A stretch of 64,000 nt of DNA from Trichoplax adhaerens (lineage: Eukaryota; Animalia; Placozoa). The notes under the pieces are model-generated. The model worked only from the letters and a program-made list of their open reading frames with translations, made no database searches and was not told the origin of the DNA. The stretch is from positions 4,297,454-4,361,453 of the forward strand of contig NW_002060946.1 of assembly GCF_000150275.1 (NCBI RefSeq), read 5' to 3'. Within the stretch, counting starts at the first letter, position 1, and each line of letters starts with the position of its first letter. This document shows positions 14,501 to 27,900 of the stretch, one piece after another. The translations under genes and the position numbers were made by a program.

Positions 14501-16077
14501 CTCGATAGTCACTAGTAGCTTATTATATTCCCAACATTGACAGTTTTACTGTATACTGTACAGTACTCCATTCTGAAAGTACGGCATACTACTGTAAGAG
14601 GGTATCCATTCAATTCTATTTTATTGTCGTAGCTTCAAAGTTTCCAAGCATGATGATGCAATAAATACACATATTAAACAATAATATTAAGCAACCCTGG
14701 GCGAGGCCAAATATCGTCCAAACCAGCCCACGATTCACCTAATCCTAGTGTAAAGCCTGCTACTTGAAATTTACAGCACAATATATTGTGTATCGTTATA
14801 GAAAAACAGACAGATTGATGATCCAATTATGCCATTTTTAGCTGGTTGTCTTTGCAATAAAAATTCCCGATCAGTCCAAGCAGTTTGAAGACATTATAAT
14901 AGGATTGTCACCTCTCACCATATTGAAAAGTGAATCTTAGCCCATGCAAACGTTCTTAACATATAATATTGTCTTAATTTTCCCAATTCAACTGTGTGGA
15001 AAAGATATTGAACTGGCACAAATTGCAAAAATTGGTTTTGCAATTCCTCTACCAGTCAAAATGTGGCTGACTGATGGCAGTGTTGCCTAGGCTCATAATG
15101 AGTTGTGTATCGTTACGCGTACCGCCTTGCGCTTCCAGCAAGGTAGCATGCCATCTTCTGGGTTCGTCAGCCTATACAAAGTCCTCTTGTACGCTAGACT
15201 ACACTGTACACTGTACAGTAGAGCATGGCTGACATTCACCTCACCACGGCCGGCACAATGACGTCAAGCATGCTAAGAGTACAACCACCCATTCACTCAT
15301 CCATGTGGCATACTGTGCCTACGGCGGTGTGAATAAAGTAAGTACAGTATCCGCAGCATCGATTCATGTTCCAGAAACATCGATTGCATCAATGTTTTAA
15401 CTCTAGGGCCGGATTCAACGTGGCTGCCGAAATACTTTATTGCAGTATGTATCATGATTCAACACTGGATAATCGGGCCATCACCGTCCAATTTTCAATA
15501 CGTTTGGCTTAATACAACATCGGCGTCCACTATTTTCTCAACTAGATATAAGAAATTGCTTGAATTGTATTGTAGTCGACTGTCTCTATTCTTACTAAGC
15601 TGCATATACTATCGTACCGGTGTAGGTTCAACTTGCTGTCTATCCATGTAGCGTGTAAAAGACTCATTCTTTCAATTGACAAGTCATTGGTAGCGCTACA
15701 TTAGACTCAAGTAACCTTTCTTATTTTAGTGAATGATTGGGATCTACAACTAATTTTAATGCTAGTGAGCGGAGTCTAATATCCGATTATGAAATTCTTT
15801 GATAATCGGGTTACATTCTAATTAAATATTATTATAATGCCGTTCAGTTAGTGTTGTATTTTAGCTATGATGACTGTGCAAGTACATACAGTGTACAATC
15901 ATTTCTCTACCAATATCGTTCACTGTCATCTCACAGCAAAGAATGAAAAACTCTGTCGTATAATATGTACTGTATACCATACTGGAATTGGAGTCTACAA
16001 CATACCTTCTTTAATTCGCTGTCAGAAGCGGTTGGAGTAACGCCTAAGATATCGTATAATTTGGTATCCACCGGCAT
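11546..16077 (-). CDS. DNAJA2: DnaJ homolog subfamily A member 2 (type I Hsp40; 12 exons, ~400 aa)
   Basis: Exons 16006-16077, 13586-13645, 13345-13450, 13183-13239, 13027-13075, 12841-12921, 12630-12763, 12478-12554, 12326-12391, 12056-12254, 11826-11953, 11546-11719. [10 protein letters not shown]...[37 protein letters not shown], four CxxCxGxG-type motifs, C-terminal GPGVQCATN CaaX-type box. Confidence 0.95.
14690..15427 (-). ncRNA. Candidate structured RNA island inside DNAJA2 intron 1 (family unknown)
   Basis: GC-rich relative to other introns. Nested complementary segments at 15353-15427, 15234-15334, 15065-15172 and 14690-14764; the 15065-15172 hairpin is followed by ACA on the minus strand. 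No known family recognised. Confidence 0.3.
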
Positions 16078-16229
16078 AATGAAATAAGAATTGGAGAAAT
16101 TCGAGTTTTAAATTTGGAAACAGCAATGAACGCACGATAGTATCCACGGTCTACTTATTTCAATGTGGTCAAAGTTGTAGTTATAGAGAGGGGTTAAAAA
16201 TAGTCCGAACGTCTAGGCGTCTGAAATCC

Positions 16230-16900
16230 TCAGTACCGTACCGTACTCGATACAGTGCCATGGGCTACTGACTTGTAAAACAGTACAGTACTGTACACTG
16301 TACACTGTACACTGTACAGTACAGTACAGTACAGTATAGTGCATTAAGCACAGCACAGTATTTACTGTCGTAGTCCGTACTCCATAGTCATTACTGTACT
16401 GTACAGTATATAATGTATTGTAGTGTACTGTACAGTAGGTCATGGACTATTCAATTAAATCAATTTTCCCGAGGAAATAGAGTACTGTACGGCACTGTAC
16501 ACTATACAGTACAGTACTCTACTATACTGCATGTACAGGAAAAAAACAACTCTTTGAAGTTTTACTTTACTGTATAGTGTGTACACTAGAGACTCTTAGA
16601 GTATATATGAGTAATTGCTTAGGAATGATTATTCAGTCGTAGAGGCTCTTTCCTTTTCTTTCATTTTTTACCCCTAACGAGCTGAGTCATGACATGCTGT
16701 ACTGTACTGTACTGTACACTACTGTACCATGGACTACAGTACAGTAGAAGGTTTTCTTTTAGTAGTCCATGACTGTACTGTACTGTACACTGTACAGTGT
16801 ACTGTACAGTGTACAGTACTGTACAGTACAGTGTCATTAGAGCGACTGTAAAAACCGGTGAATTAGTACAGTATACTGTACTGTACACTGAGTACAGCAG
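16230..16900. promoter_or_regulatory. Bidirectional promoter DNAJA2 / MPHOSPH6 dominated by (TACTG)n/(CAGTA)n/(TGTACAC)n repeats
   Basis: 891 bp between divergent ATGs (16077 and 16969), with dense pentamer/heptamer repeats in both orientations, TGAGTCA at 16684-16690 and several CATGGAC motifs. Confidence 0.7.
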
Positions 16901-16968
16901 GTGGGTCTGACATCCTTGCAACTGAACCGTGTTGGCCCGGCAACATCTCCGCTGCGACCTACACCATC

Positions 16969-19161
16969 ATGGCTGGCAATTATCAAAATGAACTTTCCTC
17001 AAATTTAATGCGCATGAAAGTAAGTCAATCTCTTTTGGTTGCTGTTGTCAAGCTTTCATTTCGAGATCCGTTGACTTAAGTTGGATTGGTTGAATTCTAA
17101 GCTGACAGTAGCAATACGATAATAGTAATACAGTAAGCACCATGATTCAATGGACTGATGCTGTGCAGTGTCCATCTTCTTCTAGTTCTTGTACTAAATA
17201 GCAAGCCCTGTCCATGATTATAGCTGCAGCATAATATTATCTTATTTGCTATCGTACTGTGAGGCCAATCGAGCTTCAATTTCTACAATAAGATTGAAAA
17301 AGCATATCTGTTTAACGTATAGGGTTGACAATGTTTGCAATGGCATGTCGATCAACTGACAATGCATAAAATGACCACTCTGCTGCTGCACGAGGGTATA
17401 TACTGTACTCGTATACTGTATACTGTTGTAGGGTCTTGACTACTGTACAGTATTAAGCAACTCATCAACCGAAAGCAATTTCCCACCATGAAATCGACAC
17501 ATAGATTCATGATAAAGGGGATTCGGTTAAGACAGTTATCTACTTTACAATTTACTCTTTCAGTCTGAAAGAAATCTACTGTGTAGTTGTACCATTGATT
17601 TTGCCATGCCATCCTGAAGATAGTATAATCTACGTATAGATGATAAAGGATGTGTTCTCCGATGTTGTCTACATTTGGTAGTCAGCTGATCCAGTTTCAA
17701 TCTCCTTCAGTCATATTGCCCCCAAAAAGAATTATGATTGCTTAAGTTAAAGTTAAACCTCCTTCTAATGCAAAGTAGGTATAGTTTATTTTAATCGTTG
17801 TTGAACCTTTTGGAAGCTGGTCGTTAACGCGGTTAATTCAAATCAAATCCTTTCATTCTGATTGCAAGTAGGATTACTAAGAAATCAATAACAGTTTCCT
17901 ATAATTTCAATCATCCTACAGTATACAGTATACACAATGCAATGCAAATACGATTAATAATTGGTACTTCGAAAGAAATATCCCCGTAAGAAGTAATTGC
18001 TACTCCTAAATTACGCTGTACCTCTGATTATACCTTGTAAAACATGAAATCAAGATGTAGCATCTAGGTAGTTACACAAGGATAAAGCAGCATACTAAGC
18101 TAGACATTCACAATCCTGTAATATTCCATGATTTTATAAACAAGTCTTATTTAGTATTGAATTTTTATTTATTTAGTTTATGCAACGTAACAATAAGAGA
18201 TCAGATATTGCTGAAGATACCAATAATACTTTAAATACTTCCCAAAATTATGGTGCTTTTCAAATAAGGTGAGTTACATATATTTGTTTACAGCTTGGAT
18301 AGACTTAGCTAAAAGAAATCAATTAATGTAAATATATTACAGCGTAAAGCATTGATCACTAATGTTATATTCATTATTTTACAGTAAAAATATAGTGATG
18401 ATTCCTAGTTACGTTCCATGTAAGCCATTATTTGAACTCGGTAGAATGTCCTTTAGAAATTTTAATCCAGAAATAGAGGTACTATTTTATGCCTGAAACA
18501 TTTTATCTTGAATCTTTATGACATTTTATAGCTCTGATACTGTACCGGTATCGAAAGTTGCTTTGCTAACTATATTCAATATTCTGCTCGCTAAATATTG
18601 CCAATGTTTGTCCTACAGAAACTTTACAATGAGCAATACACAATCTATGAACAAAGTTTAGCTAAAAATTCTGAAAATACAACAACAACAACAACAGAAA
18701 CAGATTTAAGTGCAGAAAAGGATATTTCAGATGAAGAATTGGCTAGAAGGTATTCTTATAATTGATTAATAAAATTCTAGTAACTTTAGAATTGCAAATT
18801 GGCTATGACGCTATTTCTGTATGTATCATCTTGCGTATCCCTACAACACTATTTACTAATTTACCTGTACCGATAGCAATTATACTAGTAGCATTGATGA
18901 CATTGTTGGCGTTAACAATTTTTAAAATTCTAATTCTAATTCAGCTAAAATTAAGTGTCCTTCATTAAATGGGTACTAAGCCTAGCGTAATCATTGAATT
19001 TTCTGTTACTTCATAGATATAATACTTTAGTCGATAGTATTGGTAAGAAACTAAAAAAGAAGAGATCTAGCAGCCATATGAATCAGGCATCCCCGATGCA
19101 ATCTAGTACTTCTTTCCAGCCGTTTAAGAAAAAGAAAAAATTCTTAAAGCCTAACGTATAA
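16969..19161 (+). CDS. MPHOSPH6: M-phase phosphoprotein 6 (MPP6, nuclear exosome cofactor; 5 exons, ~170 aa)
   Basis: Not in the ORF track. Exons 16969-17019, 18177-18268, 18385-18478, 18619-18749, 19017-19161. LSSNLMRMKFMQR, GRMSFRNFNPEIEKL, DISDEELARRYNTLVDSIGKK and terminal KKFLKP are MPP6 hallmarks. Confidence 0.95.
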
Positions 19162-20938
19162 TCGATGGTCCTTATAAAATTTTTAAGAATATTTTCTTCC
19201 TAAACTATGTAAATACAACCTATAAATGAAGCATAATAAATTCTTATAATTTTATAATCTTTGTAAATATGATGCAAAAAATACGAGATATGGTAATAGG
19301 AAATCGACAAATAACCTTGTAGATAGCAACACAAAATCAACGAGCTCAAGTTGATTCAACATCAATAGCTTTTACTTTTATTTCTACGATTTTTTTATAT
19401 AATATTGCTGGCAGTTTAGAATTTAAAACATTAAATTGCGAGTACCATTGAACTACAGATACTACAGTATTGTGAGCTAGTCTTTAAACCTAGAAATGCC
19501 TAGATCATAGAAGTAAAAAATTTTGATTTGGCAATATGTGTCGACTGTTTGAATTTAGCAGTCTTCTCTCGATCGTCCATGACTGACATAAACGACAACA
19601 TGAACCGTTAAACGTGTTACACTGCTTCTCTCTCGAAATTTTTATAGCAGTTTCTGTGTTTGAATATTAATAGCACCAGAACCGATATGACTAACAAAAC
19701 GTACAACTTGTTCAATTAATACGTAGTCACTTTAGTAGAAAATGATTTAATTTAATAATAAACTCGGAAAATTTTAATTTAACTTCGGTACTTTACTCCC
19801 CAAAGTTATAGGTAGATCAATAGTTGAACAACTTTTCGATAAAAATTCGATAACATGCACGCGTCTATGTGGATCGTAGCTGAGAATTAAGCTACAGTTT
19901 TACTAAAACTAACAATATCCATTTAACTTGATTGTATCGCTATACGTATATGCAAGTTAGACGAAGCTTACACTATTTTTCTGGTATTTTATTTCTTATA
20001 GAATAAATTTGTTGCTTTCAGTGTAAATCGCAACATAATCACAGTGTCATCATTCAAATAACTAAATGCAAGTTTGTCTTAGAATGTATACATCGTCGAT
20101 AAATGATTTATAGTACATCAACAATTTGTTATCTCATTAGAAAAATTGATCGAGTTACATCTGTTGCAATGTCATTAATGAGATCGTAAAGCAGCATTTG
20201 CAGTACTGGTAGTACAGAAGAATTTTTAAATGGTTACCTTTAATTATTAGAATCAATATTGATTTGAATGTACATATAGTAAATTTCATATTTCATATAG
20301 TAATTTAGCAAGCAATACTTTTATCATTTTTAAATCGGTATAAAGGCTTAAATGATTTAAATCTACTTTTCAAGACTATAAAATTTTATAATAAAGTGCC
20401 ATCATTTCTTAATGTTCTTTTGGTATGCAAAGTAGAAGAGAATATTTGCTACATTTCTCATATAAATAATATTGAATAAGTAAGTGGTTTATATATCCAT
20501 CTTTGATATGCGATAATTTTTTAATCCAAAGTAATATTTTCCGTTCAAATAACCCTCACAATACATCATTTTTTGGAATATAGATGGCTTAAAATTGGAA
20601 TAATCTTTAGATGAAAAATTTACTATTAAATAACTGTATGATATCGATAATTCCAACAAAATAGGAGTAACCTTTAGAGAACTTGAATATATATAAGTAT
20701 AATATACAAAATAACTGAAATTACATTAATTCTTGTAAATATTGAAAGCTGATAATAATTACATATAAAATTGGGCTACAGATCTGCAGCAACATTCATT
20801 AACTGCAAAAAATAAGCTATACTTTTAAGTCTGACAATTATAATTTATTACTTCGTAATTAAAGAGTTATTAAATAGCGGTACTATGCTATAAACTATTT
20901 GAAAAGATCATTGAATATTATATTAGAGGATTCTTACT

Positions 20939-22267
20939 TTATGGATAGTCTCTATTAACTGAAGTTCTGGAAGAATTTTCTGATGTGCTTTCTTTTTCTT
21001 CCATTCGTCGAGATTCAATATAAACAGGATCTGTATGAGATAGTAAGCGTGCCCCAATGGTACGTTCAGTATTTTTCTGATCTTCAATATCTTTAAGAGC
21101 TTTCTTAAGTTCTAATCTAGATCTTTTAATGACATAAGCCATTAATCCAATACTAACAAGAATTTGAAGGCCAACAATGAGATAGCTATCGATACGATTG
21201 CTATCAGTGACATCTTCCATGCTGCGTAATTTAGATCCAATGTATGCATTAATAAGTATTAATGGCAGATTTCCAGTCATTGTCGCTAATGCAATTCTTG
21301 TTATACCAGCATCTGTTATCTAATGATGATAAAAATGAGAAGATTTGTAAATTCTTGATTTAATAGGCATATAATCGTAAAAAGTTAAATCTATATAACG
21401 TCTATCAGTATTATAGTAAATTAAGTACATAGATTAACATTAGATAAATTTATCACTAAAGTTGCTAATAGCATGTCAGCAAGTACTGTAAAAATAATCA
21501 AGAAAATGCTGTAGATGATCAATAAATTTTCTAACATTTGTCCTATTTTACAATGACTATCATTTTCATGTAGTATTTAGGATAAACTATAGCATATTAT
21601 ACTATATTTAACGTACTATTAAAATGGAGCTGAAATTACATATCTTACATTGGCATCCAAAAAAGTTATGGACAAAAAAAGTGATTCAAATGCCTTCAAT
21701 ATGTTGTGCTATACTTACAGCAAATAAACCATTTTGAAATCCATAAGGCATAGGCGTTAAACGAGACAACGCTATTACACGATATCCTTTTGGCCCTTCA
21801 ACTAGACTAATTAAAGCTCTAATATAACTTCCATCAGTCGCCATTTGACGCCTAAAGTAGTTTTTACAAAATCGTCTGCATATGACGACAGAGACTATAA
21901 CGCCAAAAACCGAAGAGATGAAAATAATTACAAAACCTAAGAGCCAGCCGTAGATAAAGCCAGCGGCTAAATTTAATACAATTAAGCCCCATGTCATAGG
22001 AAAAGATACCGTAGTGACTAATAACAGAAAAATTAGCGAACCTTGCCATGCTGGTAATATTTCCATCCATGTTAATAGACTGCTTAAAAATTCACGAAAC
22101 AGTAATATGATAATCAAACATCCTCCTATAAATATCAAAATTGTTGTCGTTAAACGTCCATAACGTGTAGCACACCAATTATTAGAAGATTTCGATGACT
22201 TGTTATCGTCAGTACGCATGGTACCATTCTGAGTTGTTTCTAGATTATGCTTGTAATCATCGACCAT
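20939..22267 (-). CDS. TMEM64: TMEM64-like VTT/DedA (SNARE_assoc) membrane protein (2 exons, ~309 aa)
   Basis: Exons 21719-22267 and 20939-21319. VSFPMTWGLIVLNLAAGFIYG, VEGPKGYRVIALSRLTPMPYGFQNGLFA and YIGSKLRSMEDV match TMEM64. Confidence 0.9.
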
Positions 22268-23349
22268 GGTTATAGGTTATATTATATAAAAGGCAGTCGG
22301 GTTATTCGATTGATCAGTAACTAGAATAGTAGGAATTTAGACGGTAAAATCTCTCTAATTCGATTGAAGGTTTTCAGAACATTTAATAATATAACAGCAA
22401 ATTAATTTGTCGACAATATCCTTCTCTATTAATAATTGATTGTTTAGAATACCCAATAATGAGTAATATATAATTGTCGTTAATTCGTATTAAATTATCA
22501 CGATAGCCAATACTCTCATCATCATTGGAGGTGATATTGTGTCGAGAAGTAATCAAATGATGTTGTGGTTTTTTTCTTCGATAGTAAAGCTCACATTCAT
22601 CTCCAATTCCATGCAATGTAACTCTGGCTCCACACTCTCCTTTCTACAGTATGTAACGTGATCTGCTAGATAATTAAATTAATTTTACTCGAACATACTG
22701 TTCGCTGTCATGATCATATGGCACCAAAAGGTAAAGATATTCCTTTTCTATAATATTCCTATTACTACATCCGATAGAAAGCAAACAAGAATAGTTAGCC
22801 CATAAGATACAATGACAAATTTATACTATACTGTTATCTAAGTTATTAAAAATTTCTATAGTTTAAGACTGAATCTAGGTTCGTGTATAGCATGTGTTTC
22901 TTCTCAATAGAGTTAGTTCTCGTTTTCGATTACAATTATCCCGTTTTTACTTTCTAACTTACCAGGTCTTTGCCTAGGTAATTCCATGACCTTCTTGTAT
23001 TAACAATATATTTCTCTCTTTCTCTTACTTCTTACCCTTAATATTGTAATTTTCCTTGGATATTCAATTAAGTTTGTGCCTCATCTAGTTTCCAAATATA
23101 CCACTGGAACATGATGCTTGCAAACTGTAGGTAGTTTGAAAAATGAAAGAAACTTTTGAATAAATCAGAATAAAAGTTTGAATTACTATCCTATCCTGTC
23201 TTCTACCAGGACCCTATTATTTTAATTTGCATTCTACAAAGCAAGAAACATATTTCTAAAGACATTAACCCTTTCATTAATTTATTAGTCATTCTTAGTC
23301 AGTATATAGTATTGCAGTAGTTTCTAAAAATCATTCTCTTTCTATTGAT

Positions 23350-23680
23350 AAAAGATATCATTCTGCAGCTTGAGATTTCGCAGTAATCTATGGAAAAGAT
23401 TACAATCATTCTACAGATTAAGATTTCGTGATAATTTTCAGAGATGGTCAAGGTGGATTGCCTATATAATGGAAAGAATCGTATTAAAGCGGATATTCCC
23501 CCCTTCGCCCACAAAAATGATGTTCTATAGTTTAAAATTCAGTGATGATATTTAGAGATGATAATCACTGATCGTACTGGTAAAAGGGCTATATATACTA
23601 GTAAGAGAACTATATTACGTGAAAGCAATTTTCCAGCCAAAAGGATATCATTCTATCATTTTAGATTTCGGTATAATATT
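23350..23680 (+). repeat. Degenerate ~45-bp repeat, about 4 dispersed copies
   Basis: aaaagatatcattctgcagcttgagatttcg (~23350), aaaagattacaatcattctacagattaagatttcg (~23394), a weaker copy (~23515) and aaaaggatatcattctatcattttagatttcg (~23640). Confidence 0.55.
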
Positions 23681-24915
23681 CTAAATATTATCGGGAATTG
23701 TATTTAAAGCAATTTCATTGGTAAAATTAATGTTCTTCTCATCGATATAATCATGTGCTGGTAGTTTTAATTTTCATGATGACTTTAGTAATTATCGTAA
23801 ACTATATTATTCTAAAGCAATAGGAAAATAAATAGTCAATGTATTAATTAATACAGTAGAATTTTTTGAAATAAAGGTTCATTTCCTAGCACTAAGCTAG
23901 CGTTATGAAGAAAAATCTAATAATGCCGGGATAAACAGAAATCTCTTTAAAATATAATTCATAAAGTAGTACTAATATCAACTACTCTCTTCAATATAGA
24001 AAGCACCAGTCTCTTATTGTCGCAACTAGCTACTAAACGCAATGATAACTGTTCTTTCCATAACAAGAAATAAAATTAGCTTGCGTGTTTAGTTAGAGTA
24101 GCTAAAAAAAGAAATGAAGCAATAATGCAACAACTTGGGTTACCTTATCATTCGTTAAACAACTATTATAAAGTGTACGAATTGAATACTTTACAATCCA
24201 ATTTCAAGTGATGATATACAGCTCAAAACGACTATTTTAGTAATAACTTGATTAATGTAACTGCGATATTTTGAAAAATTGATCGCTATGTTTCCAAGCT
24301 ATTCGCTTTAAAAATTCAAAGGGATGGAAATTAAAAAAATTTTACGGATAGAAATTCATATATCGTGTATGGATTTACAGCAAACAATATCCGTCATTAA
24401 ACCTATTCTAGTTGATATAGCGTTATTTTGTATTGGTCGATACTTCAGATTTTAAGGACTTACGACTTATTTGTATCCATATTTACCTATCTGAATAATT
24501 TAAAAGAAAAAAGAATTATTGTACCGAGTGTATTTAAACAGTAGGCTTTAATTAGTCTGTTGTGTCTTTTTTTTATTTTCCGGTGACATCGGAGCAATTA
24601 AATAACTGGGATATGCGCTGCCTTCCGGTATCCATAATAATTGAATAGTTTTTAAATAGAATTATACTCTATGATCAGACGATGCATTGACTTTCATAGC
24701 AATGTCAATAGCACTCAATTGAACCGAAATTTATTAAACGGGATAGAAACAGACAAGCTTTTTCTCTTAAGCTATTCTTAAATTCTGTCAACATAATAAT
24801 TCACTTATTCGTATGAAGCTGTTCAAGTACGAGGTGTAAATAGCTATTGGCGTATTATTATTTGTAAAGGGCTGAGATAGTTTTACACATGATGCACATT
24901 ATTATGGCTTTATAG

Positions 24916-27900
24916 ACTGGTGATAATGTGCCAAAAGCGGTTAATATTGACGCAGAAATGTTGAGATCGGATTATTGCAATAAAGTGAAGATAGGTACAG
25001 CATAGAGGAAAATTTGAATACTTTTTCATCATACTCTACAAGAAAATGATCAATGAAGCATCGAAATTTTACCGTAAGAAATTGGATCTCAAGAAATGTT
25101 CCTACATTTCAACAAAGTCATGCTATGCTACTGTCTATTTACAAGAGCTTCTATATTAACAGTTTGTGAGCATCTATATGAAAACATCAAATAAGGACAA
25201 ACCCAAACGATTATAGATCGCATGATATAAAATTACATTGAAATTTTGCATTTTTGGGATTTTAAAATAGTGTAAATGTGTAGTAAGATCATTTTATCAA
25301 AGGAAGTTAGCAAAAACTTTCGTCGCTAGGTGTCAGAAGAAAGAACTGCTTCTGTGGCTACGATCTTTATTATACGGCATACTGTATGATATAAAGTTAA
25401 CTGTACATTAAAATTTTATATTCTCTGGATTTCAAAATAGTAAAAAACCTCGTTACTAGATGACAGAAGAAGAACTGCCTTTATGACTACGATCTTAAAT
25501 GGTATGTTATTATATTACTACAGTAGAATAAGTAGAAATAGGGTTACTTACAGACCTGGGATTAATTCTTTATCTCACTATTTTAGCCAGCTTTTCATTA
25601 CAATCACGGTACCATGTTAAAAGATCGATAAAATAGTTTATTTTCGATATACGCTTATAATATACCGCACTGTTAATACATAACTTACCTTGGAAAGCAA
25701 TAACAAGGTTTATACCGGCATCTATAGTACATCAGGATTTTATTTTAATTACCGTCAAGGTTTTTTCGACATATTCTAAATGTTGCTACACTCCATGATA
25801 TAGATTGGCTATTAAAGACTTTACTTAACGGAGGCAATAATGGCCCATATCGGTATAATGAGGAAAAGTAAAGCATTGTACTTTCGATTCAGTAACAGTA
25901 TTCTTCTATACCGCCCGAGGCTGAAATAAATATATCGAATCCATTGTTCATAGTTAATAGCTACGTTAAAAGATTAAGTGAAAAGAAAGTAGGTTTCCTC
26001 TTGAAAGCTATTTGATACACTTTTGGTATTTACTGTATATGACGTGTAAAATATCAACCAGCCTAAGGGACATGAAGATAGAATGGCTCTTTTGGTTCTT
26101 CCTGGTTGTTTAATTTAGAGTTTTGACCCCGTTGTAAAGATGAAGGGAAAAAATTATAATCTTTATAAGACTGAAAGCATTTGCTAGAGTTTAAACTTAA
26201 TATACGTAATAATAAAACAGGAAGAGAGTTCTTCGAAAGGCCGCTGCTACTTTCATGTTTTGTCAATTAAATGCAGTACATTTGTATTATTCAAAAAATT
26301 TCCACATAAATGATGACAGACGTATTAGGAAATGATTGTAACTTCGGCACGTAAATTTACGATTGCTCTTTGATACAAGCTCAAATGGCAGAAATGTAGA
26401 AATGTCTCGAATTACTTTCATCGAGTGGCTAGGTTAAAGCAAACTTAAAACCTAATATGGAAATAGACTAACGTGAAAGAAATATTGTACCTTCTACTCT
26501 ATTCTAGAACCTTGGGCTGGGATTTACTCAATTTCTTCTTCAGTTTAATCTAGTCTTTTAAGGTATATTTAAGTTTCAATCTCCGGGTTGTATTTCAATA
26601 TGGACATTATTAAACAGCCTGATATAAAAAAATAATTCATTAAGTGTAAAATCTTGCATGAAAGGATTGTCAACAGTCGGTAATAGAAAGGCATTTTACT
26701 AACTTATACTACTTTGTTTCGCTTTAAACTCCAGATTTTTTTAAACTGAAATTGATATTACGAAAACAATTAACGCAGCGTGCATAGGGTTAAAAATGAA
26801 ACTGATTCTTTACACAACTTATTCGGTCAGATGTTGCTTACTAGAAGAAACTGAAGGCTAAATAAGTCTACATGTAGCATACGGGGAAAGCAACCGTTTC
26901 ATGATTATTTTAGATTTTATATGCTCTTCATTTTTCGTGTTTCTTCTTTCATTGTTAAAATGTCAAAATTATTGCGTAGAATCAATGTTACAGTAGTCGT
27001 GCTACAAGTACCATATTTGTATGTTTTAAACGATAGCGCCATAGAAGGAGAAAATCTGTACCTATTGAATGAAGTAAGGCGGATTGTATTGCAAATCTGA
27101 TCTAGGATAGGAGTAAACGTTTACTGATAGCCCCAAATGTATAATACAAAATTTTTGACGGCTACAGCAGTACTGGCACTGATAGATCACATTGCGTGAT
27201 TCAAAGGTTTTAATGAAGATGGCAAAAGCTCCGAGCAAAGCAACCAAGAAAGGAAATAAAGGCTTCAAAGTAATCCCTCTTTAAAGGAAAAATGATCGGC
27301 TTTCAATCCATATCGTGGCATATATCCTACAACTGCTAAGCACGATAGCATCGCTGATGATGTTTACGATCCGTTACGTAGTTCACGTTGCATCAGCATC
27401 AAGGAAAGACCTTCTCGAGTCATAAAATAACAGTCAAGGGAGCCATAATTGTCAACGATGATCAATTTTCCCATTTGGCTTGGTCGTTTAGTAAAACTTT
27501 TTACCTTAGCAATATTGAATTACAACTCCATTCCCCCAATATGGAGGGTAAATATAAAATGAAAGTCAGCAATTATATTTATTTTTTATCCATATACGAA
27601 TGAACGATAGCATAATCACAGTCACTTTTGACGAAAGAGTTCTCCTGACAAAAGAGTCGCTAGGAAAGATGATTGATGGGAGTAAAATCATCTTCAAGAG
27701 TGATCCCAACCAATTGAATAAGCATCCTTAAAAACCTCTCTCAAATTACAACTAAAACAAAACGAAAGTTGATATCATAGGCTACAAGTCAGGATAACGA
27801 TATCGAACTAATACGAACAGAATTATTTTTATTAATATTATTGAGGATCAGATAACGAGACTTATCATCACTAAGTTGTTTATGTTACGATTACAACCCA

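Noticed and set aside
14838-15083. miR-34-like words (TTAGCTGGTTGT at ~14838, TGGCAGTGT at ~15075)
   Set aside because: The two halves are ~230 nt apart and in the wrong order; chance match.
13646-16005. Telomerase RNA, U17, RNase P/MRP or hammerhead ribozyme as the identity of the intronic structure
   Set aside because: No convincing CUAACCCU template on the appropriate strand, no U17 m1/m2 motifs, no complete P4 consensus, no CUGAUGA...GAAA core, and no clear H box between the hairpins.
16213-16921. ORFs 16213-16443 and 16661-16921 (also 8129-8464 and 58036-58239)
   Set aside because: Y/C/T/V/Q-rich translations are by-products of the TACTG/CAGTA repeats.
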